Under the pieces are notes generated by a model. The model was not told the DNA's origin and did no database searches. It was given only the letters and a program-made list of their open reading frames with translations. A program made the position numbers and the translations under genes. A DNA stretch of 63,826 bases, counting the filler, from Phoronis australis (Eukaryota; Animalia; Phoronida): NCBI GenBank assembly GCA_002633005.1. It is 8 parts of 8 records of this genome, joined end to end, with 100 filler letters (N's around TTAATTAATTAA, not from the genome) between each part and the next. Parts side by side here need not be neighbours in the genome. Positions count along the whole stretch, not along the records: positions 59,788 to 62,710 come from NMRA01003321.1; positions 62,811 to 63,826 come from NMRA01003950.1; 6 more parts are not named here. One strand, 5' to 3'. This document shows positions 62,571 through 63,826 of this stretch, in pieces (the stretch's first letter is position 1; each line of letters opens with the position of its first letter).

Positions 62571-62810
62571 TTAACGATATAACATCATAGACATTAAGAC
62601 AATGACCTTACATCAAAGATCAATGATACCACAGATATTGGTGCGGCAATAAAGCACAAGTGTAAACCTACCCCTGTCCACTGTCCGTCACGCAATTGAT
62701 AATACCAACGNNNNNNNNNNNNNNNNNNNNNNNNNNNNNNNNNNNNNNNNNNNNTTAATTAATTAANNNNNNNNNNNNNNNNNNNNNNNNNNNNNNNNNN
62801 NNNNNNNNNN

Positions 62811-63029
62811 ACATCAATGTAACATACACATCAATGTAACATACACATCAATGTAACATACACATCAATGTAACATGTACATCAATGTAACATATACATC
62901 AATGTAACATGTACATCAATGTAACATATACATCAATGTAACATATACATCAATGTAACATATACATCAATGTAACATATACATCAATGTAACATATACA
63001 TCAATGTAACATACACATCAATGTAACAT
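62811..63029. repeat. 17-bp minisatellite (ACATCAATGTAACATAC)n
   Basis: About 13 units directly visible after the gap. Confidence 0.95.
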
Positions 63030-63470
63030 GAACGTGTGATAGTATGTGATAAGTAGGATGAACCTGTCAGTATGTTCACGTGTTTTTGTGGATACAGTAG
63101 CAAAGTACTTTGTGTTGGCAAAAGTAATTAAGATAAAAAAGACACTTGCATAGAATGGATTCATGTTTAATGACAAGTCACAATTTGTCACAAAATTTTC
63201 AAAATGTCATGTAAGAGGCAATCTCAATTGTCACAGCTCTTTTGGTGTTTTTTGCACTCGCAAGTCGCATGAACTTGGCTTTTGTCGCAGAATTTCAGGC
63301 AAGTAAGATTTTGTCACACAATGTCACCACATCACCATTCTCTGCATTTGGTTCGAATGAATATCGGGACAAATAATTATATTAAAAGATGTTAGGCTAA
63401 GAAAGAAGATTTTGTGACAAGAAAACAAATACACATGACTAACATCCACAAAAGAACAACAAAAATAATA

Positions 63471-63575
63471 AAACAAGAGCAACGCGGAGCGTTGAAATGC
63501 GCCCACAATTGCACCGCATACGGTATCCTTCTAGGGTTGTTTATTGGTACCATAAAGTGGCCAGCAGAGGGCATA
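63471..63575 (-). mobile_element. 3' end fragment of the Helentron-like family seen at 43253-44935
   Basis: AAACAAGAGCAACGCGGAGCGTTGAAATGCGCCCAC is the near-exact reverse complement of 44900-44935. Confidence 0.7.
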
Positions 63576-63826
63576 CTTTGCAAAATGGAAAGGCATGGTC
63601 ATTGTCTACTCAATAGGCTAGGGCCAAAATGTGAGTAATCTTCATAATACAAGCACATCCTATACACCAGTTGCGTAAAGCAACACAGAAACATAGAATT
63701 AAAAACAAATTTACCAACATACGAGATTAGCACAGCATTAGAATGCCAGAAACAAATTTCTACTTGGAACTTTTCCTTCACAGTCACGAAGTAACACAAA
63801 GTATACACCTGAAGACCTATGAAAAT

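Noticed and set aside
63599-63808. Minus-strand exon candidate VYTLCYFVTVKEKFQVEICFW
   Set aside because: Splice sites are plausible, but there is no recognisable homology or partner exon in the window.

Overview
This is AT-rich, repeat-dense DNA from a eukaryotic draft scaffold, probably a marine invertebrate. It has seven artificial 100-nt gap spacers (N..TTAATTAATTAA..N), and most ORFs in the six-frame track are spurious. Manual splicing recovers three intron-containing host genes on the + strand. (1) A complete 5-exon gene for an unrecognised 177-aa secreted, helical protein with a TATA promoter (3466-13793). (2) Five consecutive exons (46024-49807) of a protein with an LPMO-like (copper His-brace fold) domain, two EGF repeats and the start of a DOMON domain. 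(3) Two full exons and the start of a third from an SLC43/MFS-like transporter (56480-59687). Mobile DNA dominates the rest. It includes an apparently intact piggyBac (59926-62570, 559-aa transposase, TTAA TSD) and Kolobok-type deletion derivatives with convergent THAP-transposase and P2X7-C-terminal-like genes. A Penelope 3' end forms a 360-bp hairpin containing two minimal hammerhead ribozyme motifs. There are also remnants of Academ, Bel/Pao, Gypsy, L1/Tx1, other LINEs, DIRS and MULE, plus Helentron-like elements, MITEs, SINE heads and satellites. An orphan histone-type 3' stem-loop lies antisense in intron 2 of the secreted-protein gene. All family calls come from motif recognition by eye, not from database searches.
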